NCBI GenBank assembly: GCA_958296445.1
Contig: OY282565.1
Span: forward strand, 3,936,605-4,000,604
Reading direction: 5' to 3'
Source: an uncultured Dehalococcoidia bacterium
GTDB taxonomy: Bacteria; Chloroflexota; Dehalococcoidia; Lucifugimonadales; UBA3495
Length of the DNA stretch: 64,000 nt
The notes beneath the pieces are model-generated. The model had not been told where the DNA came from. It did not search any database and saw only the letters and a list, made by a program, of their open reading frames with translations. Below are positions 1 through 11,059 of the stretch, in pieces; the stretch's first letter is position 1; the number at the start of each line of letters is the position of its first letter. The translations under genes were made by a program, and so were the position numbers.

Positions 1-4
1 GCTG

Positions 5-41
5 ATGCCCCATCCCGGAAGGCGGGATGGGGCATTTTTTT
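5..41 (+). terminator. Intrinsic terminator-like hairpin
   Basis: ATGCCCCATCCCG-GAAGG-CGGGATGGGGCAT perfect 13-bp stem followed by a T-run on the + strand. Confidence 0.7.
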
Positions 42-80
42 GGAAATGGGGGGTGGGGAGTGGTTGCTCCGGTTGGCCGG

Positions 81-224
81 TTAGTCGGAGGAGGGTAGCT
101 TGCGGGGTTCTTGTAGCTCCATTTTGGCGTCGCAGCACTCGATTTCGCCGTCGCCGCTTTTGGTGCAGAGGACGCTGCTGCCGCAGGTGGGGCAGGTGTA
201 CCGCTTGCCTAGCTGATTAGCCAT
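81..224 (-). CDS. Desulforedoxin-like small metal-binding protein (47 aa)
   Basis: MANQLGKRYTCPTCGSSVLCTKSGDGEIECCDAKMELQEPRKLPSSD; CxxC-x(15)-CC pattern of desulforedoxin; ATG at 224 preferred over 314. Confidence 0.8.
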   Translation of the reverse strand: MANQLGKRYTCPTCGSSVLCTKSGDGEIECCDAKMELQEPRKLPSSD

Positions 225-235
225 CGCAAAAGCCT

Positions 236-352
236 CTACTTGAGTTGCATGGGGTGGCCGCAGCAGGCGACGCTGCCGGGGCCGCCTTTGGTGACGATGA
301 ATTCCGCTTTGCATTGGGCGCAGACATAGCGCTTGCCGGTCTGGTTAGCCAA
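236..352 (-). CDS. Desulforedoxin-like small metal-binding protein (38 aa), absent from the ORF track
   Basis: Hand translation from TTG after AAGGGAG RBS: MANQTGKRYVCAQCKAEFIVTKGGPGSVACCGHPMQLK*; paralogous to 81..224. Confidence 0.8.
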   Translation of the reverse strand: MANQTGKRYVCAQCKAEFIVTKGGPGSVACCGHPMQLK

Positions 353-654
353 CTTTTGCGCTCCCTTACAGGAAATTGGGTGTCCGCATTGTAGCGGGAT
401 GGCGGCGGGCTTTCAACTTTCCGGCGTTTGTTCCGGCGTTACGCTGTGACGCTATGGCGCAATGACGCTATGGGCGTCCTTGTTTTTCTGTGCTGAATGG
501 ATGGTTTTGTATTCAGATTTTTGTTGGGACATTGCGTATTTTTCTTGTGGTGGTATGTTGATATTGAAATAAAATTAGGCTATACATCATACTCAGCGTT
601 GGCGTACACCGGATGGCGTGTCCGACAGGTGACGCCTGGTTGAAAGGAGAGATT

Positions 655-1872
655 ATGGGCAGAAGATTGGGAATCCTTTTGATGGCATATATCGTCGGGG
701 GAGTGGTGGCGCTGATGCTGGCCTGCTCGGCGGAACCTACCCCGGCGCCTACGGCTGCGCCCGCCCCAAGCCCTGCCCCGGACGTTCCTGATACGGGTCG
801 GTTGAAGGGCGAAGTTGTGGGGCATTACGCCGAGGGAGTGTATGCCCTTTACGCCAAGAGTTTGGCGTCGGCTACGGCTATGGACGCGGCGATAGACACT
901 TTTCTGGCCGAGCCTACGGCGGCGACGCTGGAAGGGGCCAAGCGGGCCTGGCTTATCGCCCGCGACGACTATGGCCCTACGGAGGCTTTCCGCTTTTACG
1001 GCGGGCCGATAGACAACGAAGAGGACGGGCCGGAGGGGCTGCTCAATGCCTGGCCGATGGACGAAGCGTATATTGACTATGTGGAAGGCAACCCCGGCGC
1101 GGGGATTATCAACAATCCCGGGGATTATCCGGTGATTGACGCCGGGCTGATTGAGTCGCTGAACGAGGAAGGCGGCGAGGAAAACGTTTCGACGGGCTGG
1201 CACGCCATTGAGTTTCTGCTCTGGGGGCAGGACTTGAACGAGAACGGGCCGGGCAGCCGTCCGGTGGAGGATTACACTACCGGGGATAACGCGGGCCGCC
1301 GCGCTACTTACTTGGCTACGGCGTCCGATTTGTTGCTGGTGCATCTGCAAGGGTTGGTGGACGCTTGGGCGCCGGGCGTTTCGGGCAATTATAGGGCCGG
1401 GTTTGTGGCGATGGACGTGGACGCCGCGCTGAACAACATTATCACGGGCATCGGGGAGTTGAGCCGCGGCGAGCTGGCCGGGGAGCGTATGACGGTGGCC
1501 TACGAGGAGCGGTCGCAGGAGGACGAACATTCCTGCTTTTCCGACAATACCAACGCGGATATTATCGGCAACGCCCGGGGGATTCAGATGGTTTATACCG
1601 GCGACTACGGGATAATAAGCGGCCCCGGCGTGATGGATCTGGTGGCGGTGGTGAACGAAGGCTTGGCTGTGAGTCTCAATCGGGAAATCGGGCGGAGCGT
1701 CGCGCTGGCCGAGGGGATTCCCAGCCCCTTTGACCGGCACCTGCGGGGCAACATTCCCAACGACGATGCGGGGCGGCAGTCGGTGCTGCGGACTATCGAA
1801 TCTTTGGAAGGGCAAACGGACAGTATCGTATCGGCGGCTCAGCAAATCGGAATCATTATCAGCGTCAGCTAG
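655..1872 (+). CDS. Imelysin-family iron-regulated lipoprotein (IrpA-like)
   Basis: AAAGGAGA RBS; lipobox LLAC-like (MLAC); motifs NAWPMDEAYIDYV, GWHAIEFLLWGQD, EDEHSCFSDNT. Confidence 0.9.
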   Translation: MGRRLGILLMAYIVGGVVALMLACSAEPTPAPTAAPAPSPAPDVPDTGRLKGEVVGHYAEGVYALYAKSLASATAMDAAIDTFLAEPTAATLEGAKRAWLIARDDYGPTEAFRFYGGPIDNEEDGPEGLLNAWPMDEAYIDYVEGNPGAGIINNPGDYPVIDAGLIESLNEEGGEENVSTGWHAIEFLLWGQDLNENGPGSRPVEDYTTGDNAGRRATYLATASDLLLVHLQGLVDAWAPGVSGNYRAGFVAMDVDAALNNIITGIGELSRGELAGERMTVAYEERSQEDEHSCFSDNTNADIIGNARGIQMVYTGDYGIISGPGVMDLVAVVNEGLAVSLNREIGRSVALAEGIPSPFDRHLRGNIPNDDAGRQSVLRTIESLEGQTDSIVSAAQQIGIIISVS

Positions 1873-1904
1873 AGGGAGTCGTCCGCAATGGGGCCATACG
1901 GGTT

Positions 1905-3377
<1,473 letters not shown>

Positions 3378-3398
3378 GCCGTGTTATTGCGTATGTGT

Positions 3399-4538
3399 AT
3401 GCGAAAACTGCACTGTCTGCCGCTGGCGATTGCCGCCTTTGTTTTGATGGCGGCGGCGGTTGGCTGCGGCGCGGCGGCTACGCCCGTTCCGGCGGCTACG
3501 CCCGTTCCGGCTACTACTGAAGCCGGGCCGGGCGGGGCGGCGCCGGGGGCGGTCAGCCGCGGCGAGGTTCTGCAAAGCCTTACGGCGCGGGTGATTCTGC
3601 CCGGGTATGCGGCGGCGGCGGAGGGGCTGGCGCAGTGGGGGGAGTCGCTGGATGCCTTGTGCGCCGGTTCGGGCGCGGCGGGGCTGGAGGCGGCGCGTGA
3701 GGGCTGGCGGGCGGCGCGGCAAGGGTGGCTGCGCACCGAATCCTATCGCTTTGGGCCAGCTATGGAGCGGCGGTCGGCGTCGCTGGTGGACTGGTGGCCG
3801 GTTGACGCCGATAAGATAGACGGGCATCCGGCGGGCGGTGAGGCGGTGACTGTGGAGCGGGTGCGTCAATATCTGCCCGCTACGCAGCGCGGGTCGGGGG
3901 CCGCCGAGTATCTGCTGTTCGGGCCGGGGAGCGATGGCTTGGCCGCTGGCGCTGGGGCGGGGTTGCGTTGCGGCTATCTGCGCTCGGTGGCATCGGTGGC
4001 CGGGGAGGAGGTTGACGGGATTCTTGCCGATTGGCAGGGCAGGTACGCGGGTTTCTATGACGGAACGGGTAGTTCGTCGCTGCTGGACAGGGAGGCCGAG
4101 GCGGTGGCGGTGCGCTCGCTGGTGTTTCAGGTGCGGGCTATCGCCAATATGCGGCTGGCCCCGGCCTTGGGGTTGGACGGGGAAGCGGACGCGAGCGCGA
4201 TTCCGGCGGGGGCTGCCGGTAATTCCCGCCAAGATTTGTTGAGCCAGCTTGACGGCATCGCCGGGCTGTACCGGGGCGCCGACGGGGGCTTGGGGCTGTC
4301 GCATCGGGTGCGGATTCTGTCGCCGGAAACCGACGCGCGGATGCTGGATGCTATCGAGTCGGCTATAACCGCCGTGGGCGATATTGGCGGGGGCATTATT
4401 GAGCAATTGGATGGGGAACCGGCGCAGGTTATGGCGGCCTATGACAGGATTAAGGCGTTGCAGCGGATACTTAACACGGAGATAGTAAGCCTGCTTGGGG
4501 TGTCGGTGGGGTTTGCTGATACGGATGGGGATAGTTAG
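3399..4538 (+). CDS. Second imelysin-family lipoprotein
   Basis: Lipobox AVGC; RFGPA, EYLLF, C-terminal GVSVGFADTDGDS typical of imelysin; start uncertain (3381/3393/3399). Confidence 0.8.
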   Translation: MRKLHCLPLAIAAFVLMAAAVGCGAAATPVPAATPVPATTEAGPGGAAPGAVSRGEVLQSLTARVILPGYAAAAEGLAQWGESLDALCAGSGAAGLEAAREGWRAARQGWLRTESYRFGPAMERRSASLVDWWPVDADKIDGHPAGGEAVTVERVRQYLPATQRGSGAAEYLLFGPGSDGLAAGAGAGLRCGYLRSVASVAGEEVDGILADWQGRYAGFYDGTGSSSLLDREAEAVAVRSLVFQVRAIANMRLAPALGLDGEADASAIPAGAAGNSRQDLLSQLDGIAGLYRGADGGLGLSHRVRILSPETDARMLDAIESAITAVGDIGGGIIEQLDGEPAQVMAAYDRIKALQRILNTEIVSLLGVSVGFADTDGDS

Positions 4539-4569
4539 GGCGGGGGGTTAGGGGTCTCAGTGCCAGGGG

Positions 4570-4750
4570 TGAGATTCTTCGCTTTGCTCAGAATGACAGA
4601 TTGCTTGCTCAGGGTGACAGACGGCTTGCTCAGGATGACGGGCGGCTTGCTCAGGATGACGGGCGGCTTGCCTAGAATGACGGATAGCTTGCTCAGAATG
4701 ACGGGTGGCTTGCTTAGAGTGACAGATTGCGGCCGTAATTTCGCCATTTT
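4570..4750 (+). repeat. Family A repeat array: GATTCTTCGCTTTGCTCAGAATGAC plus about six degenerate 21-nt units
   Basis: Tandem GCTTGCTCAG(A/G)(A/G)TGAC units with 21-nt period between convergent genes. Confidence 0.9.
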
Positions 4751-4771
4751 CTCAGTTAGGGTTGGGGGCGG

Positions 4772-6190
4772 TTAGGGCGTTTTGGGGGGTTGGGGGAGCA
4801 GCCAGGGTTTGGGGGCTAGGCCGTGGTTTGTTGCTGCCAAGTCGGTTTGCGGGTCAATCAGGCGGGCGTTTTTCCGTCCGTTCATCGCTACGAATGCGTC
4901 GGCGCGGACTTGGACTGCGGGATGGCCGCGGGCGGCAAAGTCGGCGGCTATGATGTGGGCCGTTTCGAGAATCATATCGGGCTGCGTTGCCATGCGCTCG
5001 GTTTGTAATGGGGTTAGGTATTCTTGGGGGCTTATTAGCCAGCGTTGGCCGGTAGTCGGGTCATAGACGCGGTATTCGACCATTCCGACTTTTTCGGTTA
5101 GCAGCACCCGCCAGGCGAAACGGTAGCCTTCCTCGTTCCATCGCACGTTGCCGGGGTAGGCGTAATGGCGCAACGGTATTATTACCTGCGCGATGGCGAA
5201 TACGGCTATGGCGGCCATTGCTAGGGCGGGGCGCCATCGTTTGGCCGGGCTGGGGTTTCCGTCGTTCCCGTCGTTCCTGTCATTTCTGCCCATCCCGTCA
5301 TTCCCGCGAGGGTGGGAATGGCGGTGGTAAGGGGATTGCCGGTATCCAGCTTGCAGTCTGCGTAGGGTTTGGCGGGGCCAGGCGGGGGGGAAGAATAGCA
5401 GGGCGGCGGCGGTCATTAGCCAGGGGAATACGCCGATTTGGGGGAATAGCAGGTAGGTTGCTAGGTGGAAGGCGGCTAGGGCGGCGTAGGCGGCGGGGCG
5501 GGTGGGCCGCCATATTAGCCAGCCGACGATGGTAAGGTCGAAGAGTGCGCCGCCCCAGCTTAAGGCGTAGGCTGTCCAGGTTTGTTCCAGCAGGGGGCCG
5601 GCTAGGGGCAGGCTGCTGTGGTCTTGTAGCCAGATTCGGAGCGGCTGGGCTTGTAGCAGCCAGTCGGGGTTTAGCTTGGCGATGCCGGCGAACAGGTAGA
5701 CTGCCGCCAGTTGCGCTCGCAGCAGCCATAGGGCGGCGGCGGGCGCTTGGCCCCATAGTGTGCGCGATTCCAGCCAGGCGTCTACCGACAGGGAGCGGTG
5801 CAGGGGCAGGAATACCATCAGCAGGCTTACTAGGGCGGCCCAGTAGTAATGATTCAGGTAGGCGGTTTTGTCGAGCAGTTCTACGTATGTGAAGCCTAGG
5901 AAAAAAAGCAGGGCGCATAGGCGGTAGCGGAATCCGGCGGCGATGCCTAGGGCGAGCAGTCCTAGGGTTGCGAAGTGGGCGTACATTCCCCATCCGGGCC
6001 AGGGCTTGACCCATCCGAAACCGGGGTAGGGGAAATGGTGCGCGGGTTCGATGTAGAGTTCGCTAATCCAGCCGTAGGCGAAGAACCGGGCTACTAGGAA
6101 CAGGGCCACTAGCCCGAATAGGATGCGGAACACGGCTAGGGAGCTGGCGTCTACCGGGGTGCGGGCGGGTTGGGGAAGGGGATTTTGCAA
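4772..6190 (-). CDS. HTTM domain protein (vitamin K-dependent gamma-carboxylase-like)
   Basis: SLAVFRILFG, YLNHYY, YLFAGIAKLNPDWL, EEGYRFAWRV, QPDMIL, LIDPQTDL. Confidence 0.9.
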   Translation of the reverse strand: MQNPLPQPARTPVDASSLAVFRILFGLVALFLVARFFAYGWISELYIEPAHHFPYPGFGWVKPWPGWGMYAHFATLGLLALGIAAGFRYRLCALLFFLGFTYVELLDKTAYLNHYYWAALVSLLMVFLPLHRSLSVDAWLESRTLWGQAPAAALWLLRAQLAAVYLFAGIAKLNPDWLLQAQPLRIWLQDHSSLPLAGPLLEQTWTAYALSWGGALFDLTIVGWLIWRPTRPAAYAALAAFHLATYLLFPQIGVFPWLMTAAALLFFPPAWPRQTLRRLQAGYRQSPYHRHSHPRGNDGMGRNDRNDGNDGNPSPAKRWRPALAMAAIAVFAIAQVIIPLRHYAYPGNVRWNEEGYRFAWRVLLTEKVGMVEYRVYDPTTGQRWLISPQEYLTPLQTERMATQPDMILETAHIIAADFAARGHPAVQVRADAFVAMNGRKNARLIDPQTDLAATNHGLAPKPWLLPQPPKTP

Positions 6191-6520
6191 TTTTCTCTCA
6201 GTTTGTCTGGATGGGGATTTTCGGGATTAGCGGATTTTCGGGATTTTTCCATTTGTCTGAATCAGGATTTTCAGGATTAGCGGATTTTCAGGATGGGGAA
6301 ATTGCGAAATTCCCCTTGTTTGCCCTGAGCTAAGGGAAGGGTCTGGCGGCCCAAGGTGAGATTCTTCGCTTTGCTCAGAATGACAGATAGTTTGCTTAGA
6401 ATGACGGACTGCTTGCTTAGAATGACAGACAGCTTGCTTAGAATGACAGATAGTTTGCTTAGAATGACGGACGGGGGAAGTGATTTGGCGATTTTCTCTT
6501 AATTTGTCTGAATCGTGGGG
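6180..6520 (+). repeat. Composite repeat cluster (family B GTCTGAATCAGGATTTTCAGGATT plus family A array)
   Basis: Direct reading; shares units with clusters at 9.1, 13.1, 15.5 and 19.9 kb. Confidence 0.85.
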
Positions 6521-6538
6521 TTCCATCGGCGGCGGGGG

Positions 6539-7591
6539 TTAGTTGGGGAAGTGGGGGATTATTTGTTGGCTGAATAGGTGTAGGGATTTGGCGGTTTTTT
6601 GGGGGGACATTAGGCCGCGGTTGGTTAGCATTAGGTTGCGGATGCCGGCGTCGCGCATTTGGGTTAGTTGTTGGGCTACGCGGGTGGGGCTGCCGATTAG
6701 GTTTTCGGCGGCGTCAGGGTCGGGGGTTGGGGCGTAGCCTTCGGGGCCTAGGGGCGGGGTTTGGCGCTCCATTGGGTAGCGGGATGGGTTCCAATGGGTG
6801 CGGTAGTTTTCCATCCGGGTGAAAGCGTCGTGTTGGGCGGGGAGAAATTCGTCCATCGCTTGTTGGTCGGTTTCGGCTAGGTGCATTTCCCGCCATACCC
6901 AGATTTGGGACAGGTTGGATTCTATGGCGTCTTGGCTGAATCCGGCTTCGGCCATCGTGTCTTGGTAGAGGCGTATGCTGGCGGCGGTGGAGTTGGTGGA
7001 GCGGCCGCGCAGCAGGATGGGGCGGCCGATGCGCCCCATCGCCTGGACGGATTCGGCGTTTAGGCAGGCGCGGGCTAGGCGGGGGTGGGGTTTTTGATAG
7101 GGCCGGGGGCGCACCGACGGGAAGGAAACTTGGTAGTGCTTGCCCTTGAATTCTAGGTTGTCGGTGGTCCAGGCTTTTACCAGCAGTTCCTCGGCTTCTT
7201 CCATTTGCTCGGCGCCGAGCTCCGGGTTGGAGCCGAAGCCGATGTATTCGTAGGCGTTATAGTTGGAGCCTTTGGCGGTTCCTACGGTCAGGCGGCCTTG
7301 GCATAGGTTGTCCAGCAGGGCGGTCTGGATGGCTACGCGCACCGGGTTGTGCAGGGGGAGTTCCAGGATGGCGAAGCCTAGCTCGATTTTGCCGGTCTTG
7401 ACGGCTAGGGCGGCGGCGAATACTAGGGGGTCGCCGTAGACACATTCGCCGGTGAAGTAGTGTTCGGCGAGCCAGATGGCGTCGAAGCCTAGGGCCTCTA
7501 CCAGCTCGGCTTCGGCTAGGCACTCTTGGATGGCGTCGCTGTCGCGGGAGTCGTCGAATTTCATTGGGTAGAAAAAGTGGCCGAAGCGCAT
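6539..7591 (-). CDS. LLM-class flavin-dependent oxidoreductase
   Basis: GFDAIWLAEHYF, LHNPVRVA, LDNLCQGRL, PRPYQKPHP. Confidence 0.9.
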   Translation of the reverse strand: MRFGHFFYPMKFDDSRDSDAIQECLAEAELVEALGFDAIWLAEHYFTGECVYGDPLVFAAALAVKTGKIELGFAILELPLHNPVRVAIQTALLDNLCQGRLTVGTAKGSNYNAYEYIGFGSNPELGAEQMEEAEELLVKAWTTDNLEFKGKHYQVSFPSVRPRPYQKPHPRLARACLNAESVQAMGRIGRPILLRGRSTNSTAASIRLYQDTMAEAGFSQDAIESNLSQIWVWREMHLAETDQQAMDEFLPAQHDAFTRMENYRTHWNPSRYPMERQTPPLGPEGYAPTPDPDAAENLIGSPTRVAQQLTQMRDAGIRNLMLTNRGLMSPQKTAKSLHLFSQQIIPHFPN

Positions 7592-7709
7592 TGTGCCTCC
7601 AGGTTTTGGCGTGCCGGGGGGTGTTGGGTTGTTGGGGAGTATATTGGTTGGGGTTGGGGGGATTCAACCGGGTGGTGGTTGGGGCGGGGGTGTTTGATTA
7701 GTGGCCTTG

Positions 7710-7995
7710 GGCAAAGGTAAGGGTCTGGCGGCCCAAGGTGAGATTCTTCGCTTTGCTCAGAATGACAGGTAGCTTGCTCAGAATGACAGATAGCCGCCCT
7801 GAGCTATGGGAAGGGTCTGGCGTCCCAAGGTGGGATTCTTCGCTTTGCTCAGAATGACAGGTAGCTTGCTCAGAATGACAGATAGCTACCCTGAGCTATG
7901 GGAAGGGTCTGGCGGCCCAAGGTGGGATTCTTCGCTTTGCTCAGAATGACAGATAGTTTGCTTGGAATGACAGGTGGGTTGCTCAGAATGACAGG
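7710..7995 (+). repeat. Family A composite array, three copies of a ~90-nt unit
   Basis: GGGTCTGGCGGCCCAAGGTGGGATTCTTCGCTTTGCTCAGAATGAC... repeated three times. Confidence 0.9.
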
Positions 7996-8019
7996 TGGGG
8001 GGGGGGTTGTGGTTGACTG

Positions 8020-8934
8020 TTAGGGGTCTACTTTGGGGATTACTTCTTGGGCTAGGGTGTCCATTGAGTCTAGGAGTTGCTGGAGGTTGGCGCAGCCGTT
8101 GAAGTTTATTTGGAACTCTTGTAGGTTGGCTTCTTGGCGGTAGCGTTTTAGGTCTGAGGCTATTTGTTGGGGGGTGCCTTGCCCGGTGGGACGGTCGGGG
8201 GCGGTGGAGCTGCCGGTGATGGGGCTTAGGTTTACGCGGAAGCTCATGCGGGTTCGGGGCGGGTTTTCGCGTCCGATTTCGGCGGATAGGTCGCTCAGAC
8301 GGGCTTGGTTGGTTATCAGGTCGGGCAGGGGGGTGGGGGTGGGCTGCCAGACTTGGGCGAATTGGGCGGCGCGGCGTAGGGATGCTTGGCCGGAGCCGCC
8401 GATCCAGATGGGGGGGTGGGGCTGCTGGAGGGGCTTGGGGTTGACGTGCATATTGTCGAAGGAAAAGAATTGGCCGTGAAAGGTGGTGGGGCCGGGTTGC
8501 CAGCAGGCTTGCCAGAGGCGGAGGTATTCGTTGGTGCGTTGGCCGCGCTGTTGGTATGGTATGTTCAGGGCGTTGTATTCGGGTTCGCTCCAGCCGGCGC
8601 CTACTCCGGCGATGGCGCGGCCGCCGGACATTTGATCGAGGGTGGCGATCATTTTGGCGGTGACTATGGGGTTGCGGTAGGGCATAATCAGGACTGAGGT
8701 TCCCAGCAGTACTTTGGAGGTGCGGGCGGCTATGTTGGAGAGAACCATTAGGGGGTCGTAGACGCTGCGCCACGGGGCGCTGCGGGGGGAGTCGTCAACG
8801 ATTACGTGGTCGTTGACCAGCAGGGCGTCGAATCCTAGGGCCTCGGCTTTGCAGGCCGTTTCGATGATGGCTTCGGGGGTGGCCGGGAATCCTAGGTAGT
8901 CGGCGTTGGGGATTCGGAATGAGTATTGCACCAT
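8020..8934 (-). CDS. LLM-class, probably F420-dependent oxidoreductase (Rv2161c-like)
   Basis: GFDALLVNDHV, LGTSVLIMPYRNP, LDQMSGGR, PKPLQQPHPPIWIGG. Confidence 0.85.
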   Translation of the reverse strand: MVQYSFRIPNADYLGFPATPEAIIETACKAEALGFDALLVNDHVIVDDSPRSAPWRSVYDPLMVLSNIAARTSKVLLGTSVLIMPYRNPIVTAKMIATLDQMSGGRAIAGVGAGWSEPEYNALNIPYQQRGQRTNEYLRLWQACWQPGPTTFHGQFFSFDNMHVNPKPLQQPHPPIWIGGSGQASLRRAAQFAQVWQPTPTPLPDLITNQARLSDLSAEIGRENPPRTRMSFRVNLSPITGSSTAPDRPTGQGTPQQIASDLKRYRQEANLQEFQINFNGCANLQQLLDSMDTLAQEVIPKVDP

Positions 8935-9044
8935 AGGGCCTCCGGGCGTAATCGTGGGCGTGGGTTGTAGGATGATTTCTTGGGGTGATTGTAATGGGCG
9001 GGGGGTGGGGGTGAATAGTCTTTTGGGGCTTTGAGCGGGGCGGG

Positions 9045-9150
9045 AGGGTCTGGCGGCCCTAGGTGGGATTCTTCGCTTTGCTCAGAATGACAGGGAATTT
9101 GTCTGAATCAGGATTTTCAGGATTAGAGGATTTACCGGATGGGGGAATGT
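9045..9150 (+). repeat. Family A plus family B units
   Basis: Direct reading. Confidence 0.85.
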
Positions 9151-9178
9151 TAATTCGGGTAATTTTGGGGGTGATGTT

Positions 9179-10981
9179 ATGACGGCACGGGAGAAACGGT
9201 GGATACGGGCGGGGACGGTGGGGGAGCTGGAGGGGCGGGGGTGTTTGGTGGTTACGGGGGCGGGGCAGGTTATTGCGGTGTTTTGGCATGAGGGCGGGGT
9301 TTATGCGGTGGATAACCGTTGCCCGCATATGGGGTTTCCGCTGGAGCGGGGGAGCGTCAAGGACGGGATACTTACTTGCCATTGGCATAATGCGCGGTTT
9401 GATTTGTCCAGCGGCGGGACGTTCAATCCTTTTGCCGACGATGTGCGGAGTTTTCCGGTTAGCGTGGTTGGCGGCGAGGTTTGGGTTGACCCGGAGCCGC
9501 CGCGGCGGGACGAGGGGCAGCATTGGCGGCGTCGGCTGGAGGACGGGCTGGAGCATAATCTGCGGCTGGTTATCGCCAAGTCGGTGCTGGGGTTGCAGGC
9601 GGCGGGGGCGAGCTATCAGGGGGCCGACGGCGCAATGGCGCCGGGGTTGCAGGCGGCAGGGGCGGATTACCGGGAGCCGCTGCGGATTGGGGCTTTGTTT
9701 GGGTGCGCTTATTCGGCCAACGGGTGGGGGCCGGCTATGAGCATCCTGACTTGCGCGGCCAATATCTTGCCCCAACTGAATGAGGCCGACCGCCCTTTGG
9801 CTTTGTATCACGGGCTGCTTCACGTTGCTCGGGAGTGCGACGGGAAGGCGCCCCGGTTCGCGGCGGCTCCGTTGCCCGGGGGCGAAACCCGGCCGGAGGT
9901 TTTCGCGGGGTGGTTTCGTAACTTTGTCGAGGTGCGGGATGGGGAAGGGGCGGAGCGGTGTCTGATAACGGCCATCGAGCTGGGTTTTTCGCAGCGTGAC
10001 ATTGCGGATATGGTTTTCGCCGCCGCTACCGACCATATTTATCTGGACGCCGGGCATACGCTGGATTTCGCCAATAAAGCCTTTGAGCTGCTGGAGCATC
10101 TGGGCTGGGAAATGGCGGGGCGGGTATTGCCTAGTCTGGCGCACGGGATGGCGCGGGCGCGGCGCAGCCAGGAACTGGGCGAGTGGCGCCATCCGATAGA
10201 CATTGCTTCGCTGGTGTGGCAGGCGCGGGCGGAGCTTCCGGCTTTGCTGGAGCAGGGGCGGAACCGCGCTAGTGGCTGGGATGACGCCGACGGGTTGGCG
10301 GGGCGGATGCTGGGCGATTCGCCGTTGGAAATCATAGGGGCGGTCAAGGAGGCGGTGGCTAATGGGGCCGCGCCGGAACAGCTAGGGGCGGCGGCGGCTC
10401 ATGCGGCCTTTTTGCGGATGGCCCATTTTCATTTGTCTAATGAGTTTCGGGACTGGGATACGGTGCATAATACTTTGACTGCGGCCAATGCTCTGCATCA
10501 ATCGCTGCTGCGGGCGCCGTCGCCGGAGTTGCTGCGGGGGGTGTTCGACGTGGCTATGAGCATTTACCTTGACCGCTTTCTGAATATGCCGCCGCAGCGA
10601 CTGCCGGATGGGGCGGCCGGCGTTGGGGATGGGGACGGGGCGGGGTTGCTGGCCCGGTTGCTGGAGTTGGTGAACGCGCGGCAGCAGGTGGAGGAGTCGG
10701 CTCAGGCGGTTTCGGGCTATCTGGCCGGGGGTGGCGCGGCGGAGGATTTGCTGGCGGTTATGGGGCGGATGATGCTGCGGGAGGATACGGGCTTTCATTC
10801 GTTTCAGATAGTTGACGCGGCTTTCCGGCAGTTCCGGGCGCGGCAGGGGGCGGAGTCGGGGCGGCACGTGATGATTGGGCTGGCGCGGTTTCTGGCGGCG
10901 CATTCTCCTACGCCTCGGGCGGAGGGGCAGACTTATCAGATCGCTCTGCGGTTGCAGCGGGGGGAGGAGGTTTATCAGTGA
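9179..10981 (+). CDS. Rieske 2Fe-2S domain fused to a long helical domain
   Basis: N-terminal CPHMGFPL...CHWH Rieske motif; C-terminal ~490 aa with repeated His motifs. Confidence 0.85.
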   Translation: MTAREKRWIRAGTVGELEGRGCLVVTGAGQVIAVFWHEGGVYAVDNRCPHMGFPLERGSVKDGILTCHWHNARFDLSSGGTFNPFADDVRSFPVSVVGGEVWVDPEPPRRDEGQHWRRRLEDGLEHNLRLVIAKSVLGLQAAGASYQGADGAMAPGLQAAGADYREPLRIGALFGCAYSANGWGPAMSILTCAANILPQLNEADRPLALYHGLLHVARECDGKAPRFAAAPLPGGETRPEVFAGWFRNFVEVRDGEGAERCLITAIELGFSQRDIADMVFAAATDHIYLDAGHTLDFANKAFELLEHLGWEMAGRVLPSLAHGMARARRSQELGEWRHPIDIASLVWQARAELPALLEQGRNRASGWDDADGLAGRMLGDSPLEIIGAVKEAVANGAAPEQLGAAAAHAAFLRMAHFHLSNEFRDWDTVHNTLTAANALHQSLLRAPSPELLRGVFDVAMSIYLDRFLNMPPQRLPDGAAGVGDGDGAGLLARLLELVNARQQVEESAQAVSGYLAGGGAAEDLLAVMGRMMLREDTGFHSFQIVDAAFRQFRARQGAESGRHVMIGLARFLAAHSPTPRAEGQTYQIALRLQRGEEVYQ

Positions 10982-11059
10982 TGTTGGGGGATGTTGGCCC
11001 GTTATTCCTGCGTGAGGAGGGATGCTGGGGGGTTGCGAGACTTCCCTTTGGCGCACTGA

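Noticed and set aside
540-600. Fur or IdeR box upstream of the imelysin operon
   Set aside because: AT-rich, but the best Fur alignment by eye is only about half the consensus
4535-4775. ORFs reading VILSKPP / LLRMT (also 6227..6526, 10978..11166, 19768..20076, 59331..59561)
   Set aside because: Translations of family A/B repeats, not credible genes
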